A stretch of 64,000 bases of DNA from NCBI GenBank assembly GCA_041665365.1, contig JBAYIY010000007.1, positions 11,103 through 75,102 of the forward strand, read 5' to 3'. This DNA comes from Patescibacteria group bacterium (lineage in GTDB: Bacteria > Patescibacteriota > Patescibacteriia > UBA9570). The notes beneath the pieces are model-generated. The model saw only the letters and a program-made list of their open reading frames with translations, did not search any database and was not told the origin of the DNA. The translations under genes were made by a program, and so were the position numbers. Shown here piece after piece: positions 46,104-55,498 of the stretch (position 1 is the stretch's first letter; the number at the start of each line of letters is the position of its first letter).

Positions 46104-47159
46104 TTACTTGACGGCGACCGTAGGGTTCGCCACCACGAGGATACTCCCCATGATGGTCTCCACGTCGCCGGCGTAATTCCCGCCGGCATTGTGGAGGTCG
46201 ATCCCCTCGGCCTTCACCACCTCTTCCCGGACGCCGTCAGCGACCGGGAAAGCCACCTCGCCCTCGCCGTACGAATCGTCGACGACGAAGAAGAAATGAT
46301 CCCGGGCGACTTCACAAAGTCGTTTGCCCGGGAGAGTGGTCAGACTCGAACACTTGAACCCCTCCGGCAGCACGAGGATGCTGCCCATCGTGAGTTCCGG
46401 AATCGTTCCGGTGTACTCACTCAGGGCGTAGCTATCCCCGGAGCCGGCGAGGGGCCCGGTGAAGCAATCGTAGCCCGACGAGGCGCCATCGCCGCAAGAG
46501 AGGTGGGTATGATCCACCTCAATGGGCAACGGCCGCCCGATCGGGCCAGTCTGAGTCAATTCTCCCACACGCACCGCCTGGGTCGCGGTCGTGTGGGAGC
46601 CACCGTGAGCCCCAACCCAGCGGGTGGAGTCATATCCCTTCTCACACGCGCTGAACGGCGCGGAGTCGGGGAGGACCCACCCGGACGAGCCGTCGAAGTA
46701 GCTGATTTCAACAACGGTACCGTCAGGCTGCAGGGCCGTGACGATCCCATTGTTGTACAGATCATCCGACGTGTCCCTCATGGCGAAGGAATCGGGGAGG
46801 TAAACCTCCCTCGTTCTCCTGCCATCGGGGGCTGTCACGGTCACCGGTGACGAGTCTTTCGACCCGTCGAGGACAAAAACCGGGTCGATGTCGACCCAGT
46901 CAAGTCCTCCGTCCCAGTCCGTCTCGACCGTCCGGGCGATCTTGCGATCAACCTGGAGGTCACGGATCTGGAACGGCACCGAGGCCCAGCACTCGGCCGG
47001 GGTCTCGGTGTCGGTGTCCGCGTCAGTGTCAGAGTCGGTGTCCGTCTCCGCTTCGGGGCAGGTCGCCCCGGGCAGAGACGGATCACAATTGAGCTCTCCA
47101 CACCCCGCCACCAAAATGGTGACCAGGACGAGGAGCAGCTCGATGATGTAGCGCAACAT
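46104..47159 (-). CDS. GC-rich, probably horizontally acquired lipoprotein (351 aa) with a TDTDSDTDADTDTE linker
   Basis: Lipobox ILVAGC; good RBS AGGAGcagtcATG; GC-rich codon usage; several conserved Cys/His (HTHLSCGDG) but no confident family assignment. Confidence 0.55.
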   Translation of the reverse strand: MLRYIIELLLVLVTILVAGCGELNCDPSLPGATCPEAETDTDSDTDADTDTETPAECWASVPFQIRDLQVDRKIARTVETDWDGGLDWVDIDPVFVLDGSKDSSPVTVTAPDGRRTREVYLPDSFAMRDTSDDLYNNGIVTALQPDGTVVEISYFDGSSGWVLPDSAPFSACEKGYDSTRWVGAHGGSHTTATQAVRVGELTQTGPIGRPLPIEVDHTHLSCGDGASSGYDCFTGPLAGSGDSYALSEYTGTIPELTMGSILVLPEGFKCSSLTTLPGKRLCEVARDHFFFVVDDSYGEGEVAFPVADGVREEVVKAEGIDLHNAGGNYAGDVETIMGSILVVANPTVAVK

Positions 47160-47286
47160 GACTGCTCCTTACCCCTGGTCGGGGTGGGGGGACTGTTTGT
47201 TCGTCAAGTAATATGAATTTGGAAAGAACTAGTGTCGCTTACAGACAAAATTTGCCCATAAACGAACCGCACAATATACCCTATTT

Positions 47287-48543
47287 TTGACGTTTTGTCA
47301 AGGGTTCTGCTACAATAAGCCCGTGAATATTCTGCAAATCAATAAATTCTTCTATCGGCGGCGGGGGGCAGAAACATACTTATTTGATCTCTCTGAATTA
47401 TTAAGAAGTAAAGGTCATAATGTCGCCGAGTTTGCTATGGTTCATCCAGACAACGAACCATCACCGTGGAGTGAGTATTTTGTGTCCGAAGTTGATTATA
47501 GCCAAAAAACTTTAGCGGGAAATATTAAAGCGGCAGCGAGAATGTTTTGGAGTACAGAAGCGCAAAGAAAACTGGATGCGTTGTTGGATGTGTTTAAACC
47601 AGATGTGGCACACATTCATAATATCTATCATCAAATTAGTCCATCTATTTTAGTCACCTTAAAGAAACGGGGGATACCGATAGTATTAACCCTGCATGAT
47701 TACAAATTAATTTGTCCGAATTACGAAATGTTTACGGGCAACCAAGTGTGCATGCGCTGTAAAGGGCGTAAATATTATAATGCGGTGTTGCATAAATGTA
47801 TTAAAGGTTCCGTGGGTATGAGTGCACTGGTTATGTTTGAAATGTATCTGCATAAAATGATGCAAGTGTATGAACATGAGGTTGATTGTTTTATATCACC
47901 ATCACAGTTTTTAAAAAAACAAATGTTGGATTGGGGTGAGCAAGTGAAGCGCATCGAGGTTATACCAAATTTTGTGCGTGCACCCATCACGGACGGTGTG
48001 ATGGACGGGTCGGATGCATCCCGTGTAAACGATGTCTTATACGCAGGTGCTCTTTCCCGCATCAAAGGGGTCGATTTAATCCTTGACAATTTCCGGAAAA
48101 ATCGGTACTCTGGCCGGTTACTATTAGCTGGGTCTGGGCCAATGGAGGCCGAAATAAAAGCTGAGAGTAACGAAAATATTGTGTATTTAGGACAGCTTAG
48201 TAAACAGGAATTAGCCAATCGGGTTAAAGAATGCCGGGCGGTGATTGTGCCATCGCGGTATCATGACAACTTTCCCTATGCAGTGCTTGAAGCTTTTGCA
48301 GCCGGGAAACCGGTGATTGCCAGTCACCGGGGTGGTATGCCAGAATTGGTGCAGCCGCGTCACACTGGCTGGTTATTTGAACCAACTAAACCAGACAGTT
48401 TAACAGCGGCTTTAACCGAAATGTTTAAACGAGACGATTTAGTAAAACAGTTTGGTGAGGCGGCCTGTCAAGTAGCCAAAACACACAACCCAGAAAAACA
48501 CTATGAAACGATTATTTCTCTTTATCAGTCTCTGCTTAGCTAG
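47287..48543 (+). CDS. GT4-family glycosyltransferase (probable GTG start at 47323, VNILQINKF...)
   Basis: C-terminal E..AAGKPVIASHRGGMPELV typical GT-B/GT4 motif; candidate promoter TTGACG...TACAAT at about 47262-47292. Confidence 0.6.
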   Translation: MTFCQGFCYNKPVNILQINKFFYRRRGAETYLFDLSELLRSKGHNVAEFAMVHPDNEPSPWSEYFVSEVDYSQKTLAGNIKAAARMFWSTEAQRKLDALLDVFKPDVAHIHNIYHQISPSILVTLKKRGIPIVLTLHDYKLICPNYEMFTGNQVCMRCKGRKYYNAVLHKCIKGSVGMSALVMFEMYLHKMMQVYEHEVDCFISPSQFLKKQMLDWGEQVKRIEVIPNFVRAPITDGVMDGSDASRVNDVLYAGALSRIKGVDLILDNFRKNRYSGRLLLAGSGPMEAEIKAESNENIVYLGQLSKQELANRVKECRAVIVPSRYHDNFPYAVLEAFAAGKPVIASHRGGMPELVQPRHTGWLFEPTKPDSLTAALTEMFKRDDLVKQFGEAACQVAKTHNPEKHYETIISLYQSLLS

Positions 48544-50479
48544 CTTATTGCCGCTAGCTACTAAAGCAGTCACATTACCAGACGAATTTCCTCGCATCGG
48601 TAATTATTTTTTGGATCCAAATATTTCTGATAGTGAAGCCACTCAATTAGCGCAGTGGGATATTGTCATTGTTGGTTTTGAAACCCATTACACCAGCCCG
48701 AATGCGTTCACTATCATGAAAAACCTGAACCCGGATATTATTATTTTGGCTTATGTCACCAGTGAAGAAGTACCGGAAAAACATCTATTAGAAACCGATG
48801 TCAATAGCCCAATCTACCAACTGTATCATCAACTAAACGAGCATGATGATTGGTATTTAAAAAATTCCAGTGGGGCGTATGTAAATTTTTGGCCGGACAC
48901 AAGAATGCTAGATGTTACTGGTCAATGGAGCACTGTTTTGCCCAACTATATGGCAACTAATATAGTGAATACAAATCAAAATCACTGGGATGGAATTTTT
49001 TATGATAATTGTTTTAATGATGTGTCTTGGGTGGATAGTACAATTACCGTCAGTGACAGTCAGTGGAAAGACCGCATGACAACCATCATGCAAAATACGC
49101 GAGAGCAGTTACCTAAGAAAATTATTTTGTGTAATAGTAATGGTAAATTTTATTCATATATCAACGGCCGGTTAATTGAGGCGTTTCCATCAGATAATGA
49201 TGGTGGCTGGGCTGGCGCTATGAGTAAGTATTTCAGTGTTCTAGCCGAGGGGAAACCACCTAGCATCGTAATTGTGAACTCAGTGCAAGATGCTAACGAT
49301 AATAATATTTATCAGCAAATGCGCTATAACCTCACGTCTACATTATTAGGCGATGGTTTTGCTAGTTTTGATCAATCAGTTAGCCAGCATAGTTCTCTAT
49401 CTTGGTATGATGAATACAGCGTGGCTTTAGGTAAACCGTTAGGTGACCCGTATAATGTGGCTACCAACCAAGGGCCTAATCCGGCGCAATGGTCCAAGGG
49501 AGTGTGGCGGCGTAACTTTGAACGGGGGATTGTGTTAATAAATTCGGCCGACACCGAACAGCGGGTTGTTTTGGAAAATGGTTTCGAAAAGATCTTGGGT
49601 AAACAAGATCCAATTGTGAACGACGGTAGTGTCGTGGGGAGTGTTAAAATACCGGCGCATGATGGCATTATATTACAAGGCCGCATTGCGCAAGTAGTGG
49701 ATGATCCGTATGTGAATGGTACTTTTGCAAAAGTGTTTTCAGCGCGGGGCAAGAAAAAACGGAATAGTTTTTTTACTTACAATTCGGCTTATGCCGGCAG
49801 TGATGTTGTGGTTAGTGTGTCAGATATAAATACCGTGTTTGTCGCCGGACAGACTAATGTAACTGTTTATAAGAATGATGTTCAAGTAGCCCAGTTTGCA
49901 CCGTATGGCACAAATTTTCACGGTGGTGTTAACATAACTGTAGAACGGTTAGATGGGCCAAAAAAACCTTATCGGATTATTACCGGTACACAATCTGGTG
50001 GCGCCCAAGTGCGCATATTTTCAACACGCGGTAAATTAATTAACCCGGGTTGTTTTCCGTATGGGACAGGGTTTCATGGTGGCATCAACGTTGCCGTGGC
50101 CAATGTTTTACCAAAATCAGCCAAAAAAGAAATTGTCGTCGGAGCCGGCCAGGGCGGTGGGCCCCAAGTAATTGTGCTAAATAATCGTTGCCAAACAACT
50201 GGACGAAGTTGGTTTGCCTATGAGCAAAGTAGTCGAAGTGGAGTATGGGTCGCAGCCGGTGATGTGAACAATGATGGTAAAGATGATATAGTAACCATAC
50301 CAGGCCAGGGTGCCGCACCACTAATAAAAACCTTTACCGGTCGAGGTAAAAAACTAGCTAAAAGTTTTTATGCTTTTACGCAAACTAATCATAGCGGCGC
50401 TCAGGTAGCCATTAGCGATATTGATGGAGATAGTCTAAATGAATTAATTGCCATGTCTTTTTCCATCTTCAACCAATGA
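48503..50479 (+). CDS. secreted protein with a putative glycoside-hydrolase-like TIM-barrel N-terminal region and C-terminal FG-GAP/VCBS-like repeats
   Basis: Signal peptide; repeated VNNDGKDDIV / DIDGDSLNELI calcium-binding-like loops. Confidence 0.35.
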   Translation: MKRLFLFISLCLASLLPLATKAVTLPDEFPRIGNYFLDPNISDSEATQLAQWDIVIVGFETHYTSPNAFTIMKNLNPDIIILAYVTSEEVPEKHLLETDVNSPIYQLYHQLNEHDDWYLKNSSGAYVNFWPDTRMLDVTGQWSTVLPNYMATNIVNTNQNHWDGIFYDNCFNDVSWVDSTITVSDSQWKDRMTTIMQNTREQLPKKIILCNSNGKFYSYINGRLIEAFPSDNDGGWAGAMSKYFSVLAEGKPPSIVIVNSVQDANDNNIYQQMRYNLTSTLLGDGFASFDQSVSQHSSLSWYDEYSVALGKPLGDPYNVATNQGPNPAQWSKGVWRRNFERGIVLINSADTEQRVVLENGFEKILGKQDPIVNDGSVVGSVKIPAHDGIILQGRIAQVVDDPYVNGTFAKVFSARGKKKRNSFFTYNSAYAGSDVVVSVSDINTVFVAGQTNVTVYKNDVQVAQFAPYGTNFHGGVNITVERLDGPKKPYRIITGTQSGGAQVRIFSTRGKLINPGCFPYGTGFHGGINVAVANVLPKSAKKEIVVGAGQGGGPQVIVLNNRCQTTGRSWFAYEQSSRSGVWVAAGDVNNDGKDDIVTIPGQGAAPLIKTFTGRGKKLAKSFYAFTQTNHSGAQVAISDIDGDSLNELIAMSFSIFNQ

Positions 50480-52097
50480 GTATGACTTTATTATGAACCC
50501 GCTAAAACTTTTTTTTCCATATCTCTGGCACTACTTCACGGATGATTATAAAGATCGCTTGCATCATTTAGTAGTTGATACGATATTATCGTTCCTGATG
50601 TTGCTGTTAATGGGCGGAAATATTTTACTAGCCGGCTGGTTGTATTTATATTCCATTACACCAGCTGTAACAACCAGTGTCACTGCATCAGACATGGTGA
50701 TTAGCGGCGAAACCATGACCTTTAATGGTTCATTAGTGCCCACCAACAAAACCATCAATAAGGTTGATCTAAAATTTGTTTTACCTACTTCATTTACGAC
50801 GAATGATCCGCTCTCATATCACTATGATCTGTTAAAAAAAGGTGATGAAAAAAAGTTAGCTGTGTCTGGCAGATTTGTTGGTGCAGTCAAAAAAACTTAT
50901 CGCGGTATTTTGTTATATTCTTATCAATATTATGGTCAAACTTACTCCGGTAACACTACAACCGATTTTAAAGTAGATACGACTAGTTTGGAAATTACTA
51001 CAGACATGCCTGATCATATCTTAAACGACGAAACCTTTACTTGGAAAATTGATTATCATAATAGTTCTCAAGTTGAACGCCAGGATACTTGTATCAGGCT
51101 GGATATTCCGGAGTCATTTAAAGTTGAAAGCACCAGTCAACCCATGACCGATAATAAAATCATGTTTACATCAATACCAGCGCAAAGTGGGGGATCAGTT
51201 GATGTGATTGGTTCATTTAGTAATGCTCAAGGTGAAGGAAGCCATGTCCTGGGTATCTTAGGAATGGATGATTGTGCCACTGGTGGTTTTGAACAAGTGG
51301 CTCTACAGCAACCAGTTGATGTTATCGCACCACGGTTAACACTTACTACTTATGGTTCGGCCATGGCTAATATTGGTGACACTGTCACATATTATGTGGT
51401 GTATCATAATGTCGGTGATACGGCTTTAGAAAATATTGTGACAACAGTTGATCTGTCCAATGGCACAACCAAACAATGGACAGATGGTAGTCTAGCCGCA
51501 GGAGATACACGCACGAAAGCTTTTACCATGTCTGTTTCATCTGGCACCAGAACAAAAAATCTTACTCAGAGTTACAGTGTGTCAGCGACCGGCACGATAG
51601 CTGGGGTAAATATACCAATTTATACAAAATCACTTAGTTATCAAACTAAATATAATTCGACTCTGAATTTTAGCCAGGTAGCTCGTTACGATTTAGGTTA
51701 TGGCCCACATCCGATGAGAGCATGGGACGTGTCGGCAGTACGAGTTTTTTGGCAAGTGGAAGATTTTACCAATGATTTGTCTAACGTGACAATTCAAACA
51801 ACCTTACCCACCCAAGTGGAGTGGACTGGATTGTCTGCTGTAACCGAAGGTGGTGCCATGGCCTATAATCCGGCGACCAGAGTAGTCACTTGGCATACCA
51901 GTAGTATCCCCAGTTTTGCCCATGCCCAGGGTTGTAGTTTTGAAGTGAGAGTAATTCCAAACAGCGCTCAGGTTGGTAAAAATATTAATATCACCAATGA
52001 AGTTAAATTCACCGCCCGAGATGGGTTTACAGATGCAGTCTTAACGCGAGTGTTAGGTGCCTTGCGTACCGATCAGCCTATTCAAGCCGCCCGATGA
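50448..52097 (+). CDS. membrane-anchored hypothetical surface protein (549 aa)
   Basis: N-terminal TM helix; beta-rich repetitive body; no catalytic motif recognised. Confidence 0.35.
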   Translation: MPCLFPSSTNEYDFIMNPLKLFFPYLWHYFTDDYKDRLHHLVVDTILSFLMLLLMGGNILLAGWLYLYSITPAVTTSVTASDMVISGETMTFNGSLVPTNKTINKVDLKFVLPTSFTTNDPLSYHYDLLKKGDEKKLAVSGRFVGAVKKTYRGILLYSYQYYGQTYSGNTTTDFKVDTTSLEITTDMPDHILNDETFTWKIDYHNSSQVERQDTCIRLDIPESFKVESTSQPMTDNKIMFTSIPAQSGGSVDVIGSFSNAQGEGSHVLGILGMDDCATGGFEQVALQQPVDVIAPRLTLTTYGSAMANIGDTVTYYVVYHNVGDTALENIVTTVDLSNGTTKQWTDGSLAAGDTRTKAFTMSVSSGTRTKNLTQSYSVSATGTIAGVNIPIYTKSLSYQTKYNSTLNFSQVARYDLGYGPHPMRAWDVSAVRVFWQVEDFTNDLSNVTIQTTLPTQVEWTGLSAVTEGGAMAYNPATRVVTWHTSSIPSFAHAQGCSFEVRVIPNSAQVGKNINITNEVKFTARDGFTDAVLTRVLGALRTDQPIQAAR

Positions 52098-52990
52098 AAC
52101 TAGTTTGTGTCATCGTTACCAAGGATCGTCCGGAAGATTTACGCCGGTGTTTAGCTAGTATTGTTTCAGCTGATCAAATTATTATTGTTGATGGGAGTAT
52201 TACAGCCAAAACAGTGGCTAAAGAATTTCAGTGTGCTTATTATCAATCTAAACCTGGTATTACCAGACAACGTAATCTGGCTAGACAACATATACCTTCA
52301 GACACCGACATTGTGGTGTATTGTGATGATGATACTGAATTATCACCCAACACTTTAATTAAAGTTAGAGAAATTTTTGCAGCTCAACCTGAAGTAGTTG
52401 GCCTAACTGGTAATTTAGATCAAACAGTTAAACACAATTTTTTCAAGAGACTGTTTGGGCGGTTAAGTCTAACATACACAAAACAACCCTACGGTTTTAC
52501 GACGGGTATATTTAATATCATAAATTCAGTAACTCAACCTACTAAAGTTGATTGGCTACCCGGTGCGTTTATGTGTTATCGCTGGTCAGTTGTGCAGGAT
52601 ATAATATTTGATGAATGGTTTACAGAGTACGGTTTAGGAGAAGACTTTGATTTCAGTTATCGCGTGGGTACATTAGGAATTTTGCTCGCTGACCCAAGTA
52701 TTGTTGTAGCCCATCATCATTCTCAAGTGAATCGAAATTGGAAGAAATTTGGCTATATGCGCCTGGTTAATCGCAACTATCTAAGAGTGAAATTATGGCC
52801 AAAACAAGGCCTTTATTGGCTTGGAATGTGGTGGTCTAATATGTGGTTATTGGCCATGCCGTATCGACCGGAGTGGATAGGGGAAATGCAGGGGCTCTTG
52901 ACAATTCTGTTAAAACGCGCTATATTTCCACGTTATGAAAATAACCTTTATAGGACAAAAGGGTATCCCAGCACTGGCCGGCGGCGTTGA
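52094..52990 (+). CDS. GT2-family glycosyltransferase
   Basis: VCVIVTKDRPEDLRRCLASI ... YCDDDTEL (DxD). Confidence 0.55.
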   Translation: MKLVCVIVTKDRPEDLRRCLASIVSADQIIIVDGSITAKTVAKEFQCAYYQSKPGITRQRNLARQHIPSDTDIVVYCDDDTELSPNTLIKVREIFAAQPEVVGLTGNLDQTVKHNFFKRLFGRLSLTYTKQPYGFTTGIFNIINSVTQPTKVDWLPGAFMCYRWSVVQDIIFDEWFTEYGLGEDFDFSYRVGTLGILLADPSIVVAHHHSQVNRNWKKFGYMRLVNRNYLRVKLWPKQGLYWLGMWWSNMWLLAMPYRPEWIGEMQGLLTILLKRAIFPRYENNLYRTKGYPSTGRRR

Positions 52991-54077
52991 ACGGCACGTT
53001 GAGGAATTGGCTGTGCGGCTGGCTAAAATACCCAATACTGAGGTGGTGGCCTACACCCGTCCGTGGTATTCAGCTAAGGCTGTAACGAGCTACGATGGTG
53101 TTAGATTGGTTAGTTTGCCCTCAGTTCATACCAAAAACTTTGATGCCATTACGCATACTTTTTTAGCTATCATTCATGCTGCTCTTATCGAGCGGGCTGA
53201 TATTATTCATATTCAAGCCGTGGGGCCAGCCATTTTAGCGCCTTTGGCCAGATTATTACGCCCTAAAGCTAAAGTGATTGTTACGTTTCATTGTATTGAT
53301 CGCCAACACCAAAAATGGGGTCGATTTGCCAAACTTATGCTGTGGTTAGGTGAGTTTATGACCATGAAATTTGCTCATGAGGTTATTGCCGTGTCTCGTA
53401 CCATTCAGCACTATTCTTATGAATCATATGGTCGCATGGTGAAATATATTCCCAATGGTGCCACGCTTCATGCCATTGTGCCGGCCGATAAAATTACTGA
53501 GCAGTTTGGTTTAAAAAGTAAAGACTATGTTTTGACAGTGGCTCGATTAGTACAACATAAGGGTATTCATTATTTAATTAAGGCTTTCAAAAAACTCGAG
53601 ACAGATAAGAAACTAGTGATTGTTGGCGCCTCAACATTTACCGATGATTATGTACAGGAAATAATCACCTTAGCGGCTGATGATGCACGTATAATTTTCA
53701 CAGGTTTGCAAACTGGTCCGGTTTTACAGGAATTATATTCTAATGCTTATTGTTTTGCCTTACCGTCAGAATCTGAAGGGTTATCGATTGCATTATTAGA
53801 AGCCGGTAGTTATGGATTACCGATAGTGGCCAGCGATATTCCAGCTAACCGAGAAGTGTTAGATGGTAACGGTTTGATTGTTCCGGTCGGTAATATAGAA
53901 GCTTTACGGGCTGCGCTTGCACAATTATTATCTGACAAAAAATTAGCCGAAGGTTTTGGCGAACAAGCCAACCGCATGGTATTAGAGCACTATCAATGGG
54001 ATAGTATTGTAGCCGAAACGTTCGAATGCTACACTACTGGAAGTGCGCTTACCTATCAACCTGCACCAATTCATTAA
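52935..54077 (+). CDS. GT4-family glycosyltransferase
   Basis: ...LPSESEGLSIALLEAGSYGLPIVASDIPANREVL. Confidence 0.6.
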   Translation: MKITFIGQKGIPALAGGVERHVEELAVRLAKIPNTEVVAYTRPWYSAKAVTSYDGVRLVSLPSVHTKNFDAITHTFLAIIHAALIERADIIHIQAVGPAILAPLARLLRPKAKVIVTFHCIDRQHQKWGRFAKLMLWLGEFMTMKFAHEVIAVSRTIQHYSYESYGRMVKYIPNGATLHAIVPADKITEQFGLKSKDYVLTVARLVQHKGIHYLIKAFKKLETDKKLVIVGASTFTDDYVQEIITLAADDARIIFTGLQTGPVLQELYSNAYCFALPSESEGLSIALLEAGSYGLPIVASDIPANREVLDGNGLIVPVGNIEALRAALAQLLSDKKLAEGFGEQANRMVLEHYQWDSIVAETFECYTTGSALTYQPAPIH

Positions 54078-54441
54078 ATTCTGTGTTGTCAGTGGTTTTA
54101 ACACGGTTGTTGACTTGGGTTCGTATTGGATTTTAACGAGATATTTTTCGTGGTGGGCACATCATCTAGTATTGGCTCATATTGTGTCTTTGATTATCAC
54201 CATGGTACATAGTTATGCGTGGAATTCTCTATGGGTTTTTGCCAAAGAGCATACCAACGATATCGTGTCCTTTATCAAGTTTGTGATTGTATCGATGTCT
54301 GGTTTGGTAATGAGTAGTGTTTTGTTTTGGGTAATGCTAGAAATTCACATTAATGATTGGGTTGTAAAGTTAAGTATGATGTTCTTTTTATTTGTGTGGA
54401 ATTTTGCCGGAGATAAGTGGTGGGTGTATACTAAAAAATAA
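54043..54441 (+). CDS. GtrA-family membrane protein (polysaccharide synthesis/translocation)
   Basis: 132 aa, 4 TM helices; KFCVVSGFNTVVDLGSYWIL... GtrA signature. Confidence 0.6.
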   Translation: MRLPINLHQFIKFCVVSGFNTVVDLGSYWILTRYFSWWAHHLVLAHIVSLIITMVHSYAWNSLWVFAKEHTNDIVSFIKFVIVSMSGLVMSSVLFWVMLEIHINDWVVKLSMMFFLFVWNFAGDKWWVYTKK

Positions 54442-54442
54442 T

Positions 54443-55471
54443 ATGGTTAAACACGCAATTTTCGATAAAAAAAATATCTTAGTAGTCGGTGGGGCTGGGT
54501 TTATTGGTTCACATCTGTGTGACGAGTTGGTGAAACAAAATAAAGTCATCTGTGTGGATAATTTCGTCACTGGCCACGTGGAAAACATTGAGCATTTATT
54601 AGGTAATGCCAACTTTATTTTTATTAAGCATGATATTAATGAACCGTTAGATTTAACCAAGTTTCCTGAATTAGAAAAATTTCAAGTACAATTTCAAGGT
54701 GTTCAGGAAATATTTAATTTAGCCGTACCGACTAATAAACATACTTTTGAAGAGAATATTTTTAATACTTTATTGGCTAATTCTTATGCCGTCAGAAATA
54801 CTTTGGAAATAGCGAAACAGTTTCAGGCCAAATATTTATTCGCGTCATCGTCGTCAGTGTACGGTGATCCAATTGATGGACAAGATCTGTTTTCCGAGGA
54901 CTATTGGGGGTTTGTTGATCCAACTGGTCCACGCAGTTGTTATAATGAAGGCAAACGGTTTGGCGAGAGTTTTGTGACTAGTTTTGGTAAGCAATTTGGG
55001 ATTGATGTGAAAATCGGTCGCATCTTTAATACCTATGGTCCACGCATGGCGCTTAATTCTGGTCGCATGATACCTGATTTTGTGACTGAAGCGGCGGCGG
55101 GACACGATGTCTTAATTTATGGCCACGGAGCCGAAACTGATACCTATTGTTTCGTGAATGATATTATTGATGGCTTGTTAAAATTAATGAGCTACAAAGT
55201 AGCCGGACCAATCAATTTAGGTAGCCCAGAACGTTATACGATGTTGGATATTGCCAAAAAGATTATTACGTTTACAGAGTCAAAAGCGCAGATTAAATTT
55301 ACTGATGCGCTACCATTTTTAACAACACCTGGCGTGGCTGATATTAGTAAAGCCAAACAACAGTTGGGTTGGTTTCCGGTAGTGGCTTTAGATGAAGGTT
55401 TACGTCAAACTGTAGCGGATATGTTAGGTAGTCGAGTTTTAACTTATGCTCGAGTCGGTGGATTGACATAG
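54443..55471 (+). CDS. UDP-glucuronate decarboxylase (UDP-xylose synthase)-like NAD-dependent epimerase/dehydratase; start set at internal Met directly after the GtrA stop
   Basis: ILVVGGAGFIGSHLCDELV...VICVDNFVTGHVENIEHL...FIKHDI matches the UXS/ArnA-decarboxylase pattern; YxxxK present. Confidence 0.6.
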   Translation: MVKHAIFDKKNILVVGGAGFIGSHLCDELVKQNKVICVDNFVTGHVENIEHLLGNANFIFIKHDINEPLDLTKFPELEKFQVQFQGVQEIFNLAVPTNKHTFEENIFNTLLANSYAVRNTLEIAKQFQAKYLFASSSSVYGDPIDGQDLFSEDYWGFVDPTGPRSCYNEGKRFGESFVTSFGKQFGIDVKIGRIFNTYGPRMALNSGRMIPDFVTEAAAGHDVLIYGHGAETDTYCFVNDIIDGLLKLMSYKVAGPINLGSPERYTMLDIAKKIITFTESKAQIKFTDALPFLTTPGVADISKAKQQLGWFPVVALDEGLRQTVADMLGSRVLTYARVGGLT

Positions 55472-55498
55472 ACGAGATTATTTTGTATAGTTTGCCCC

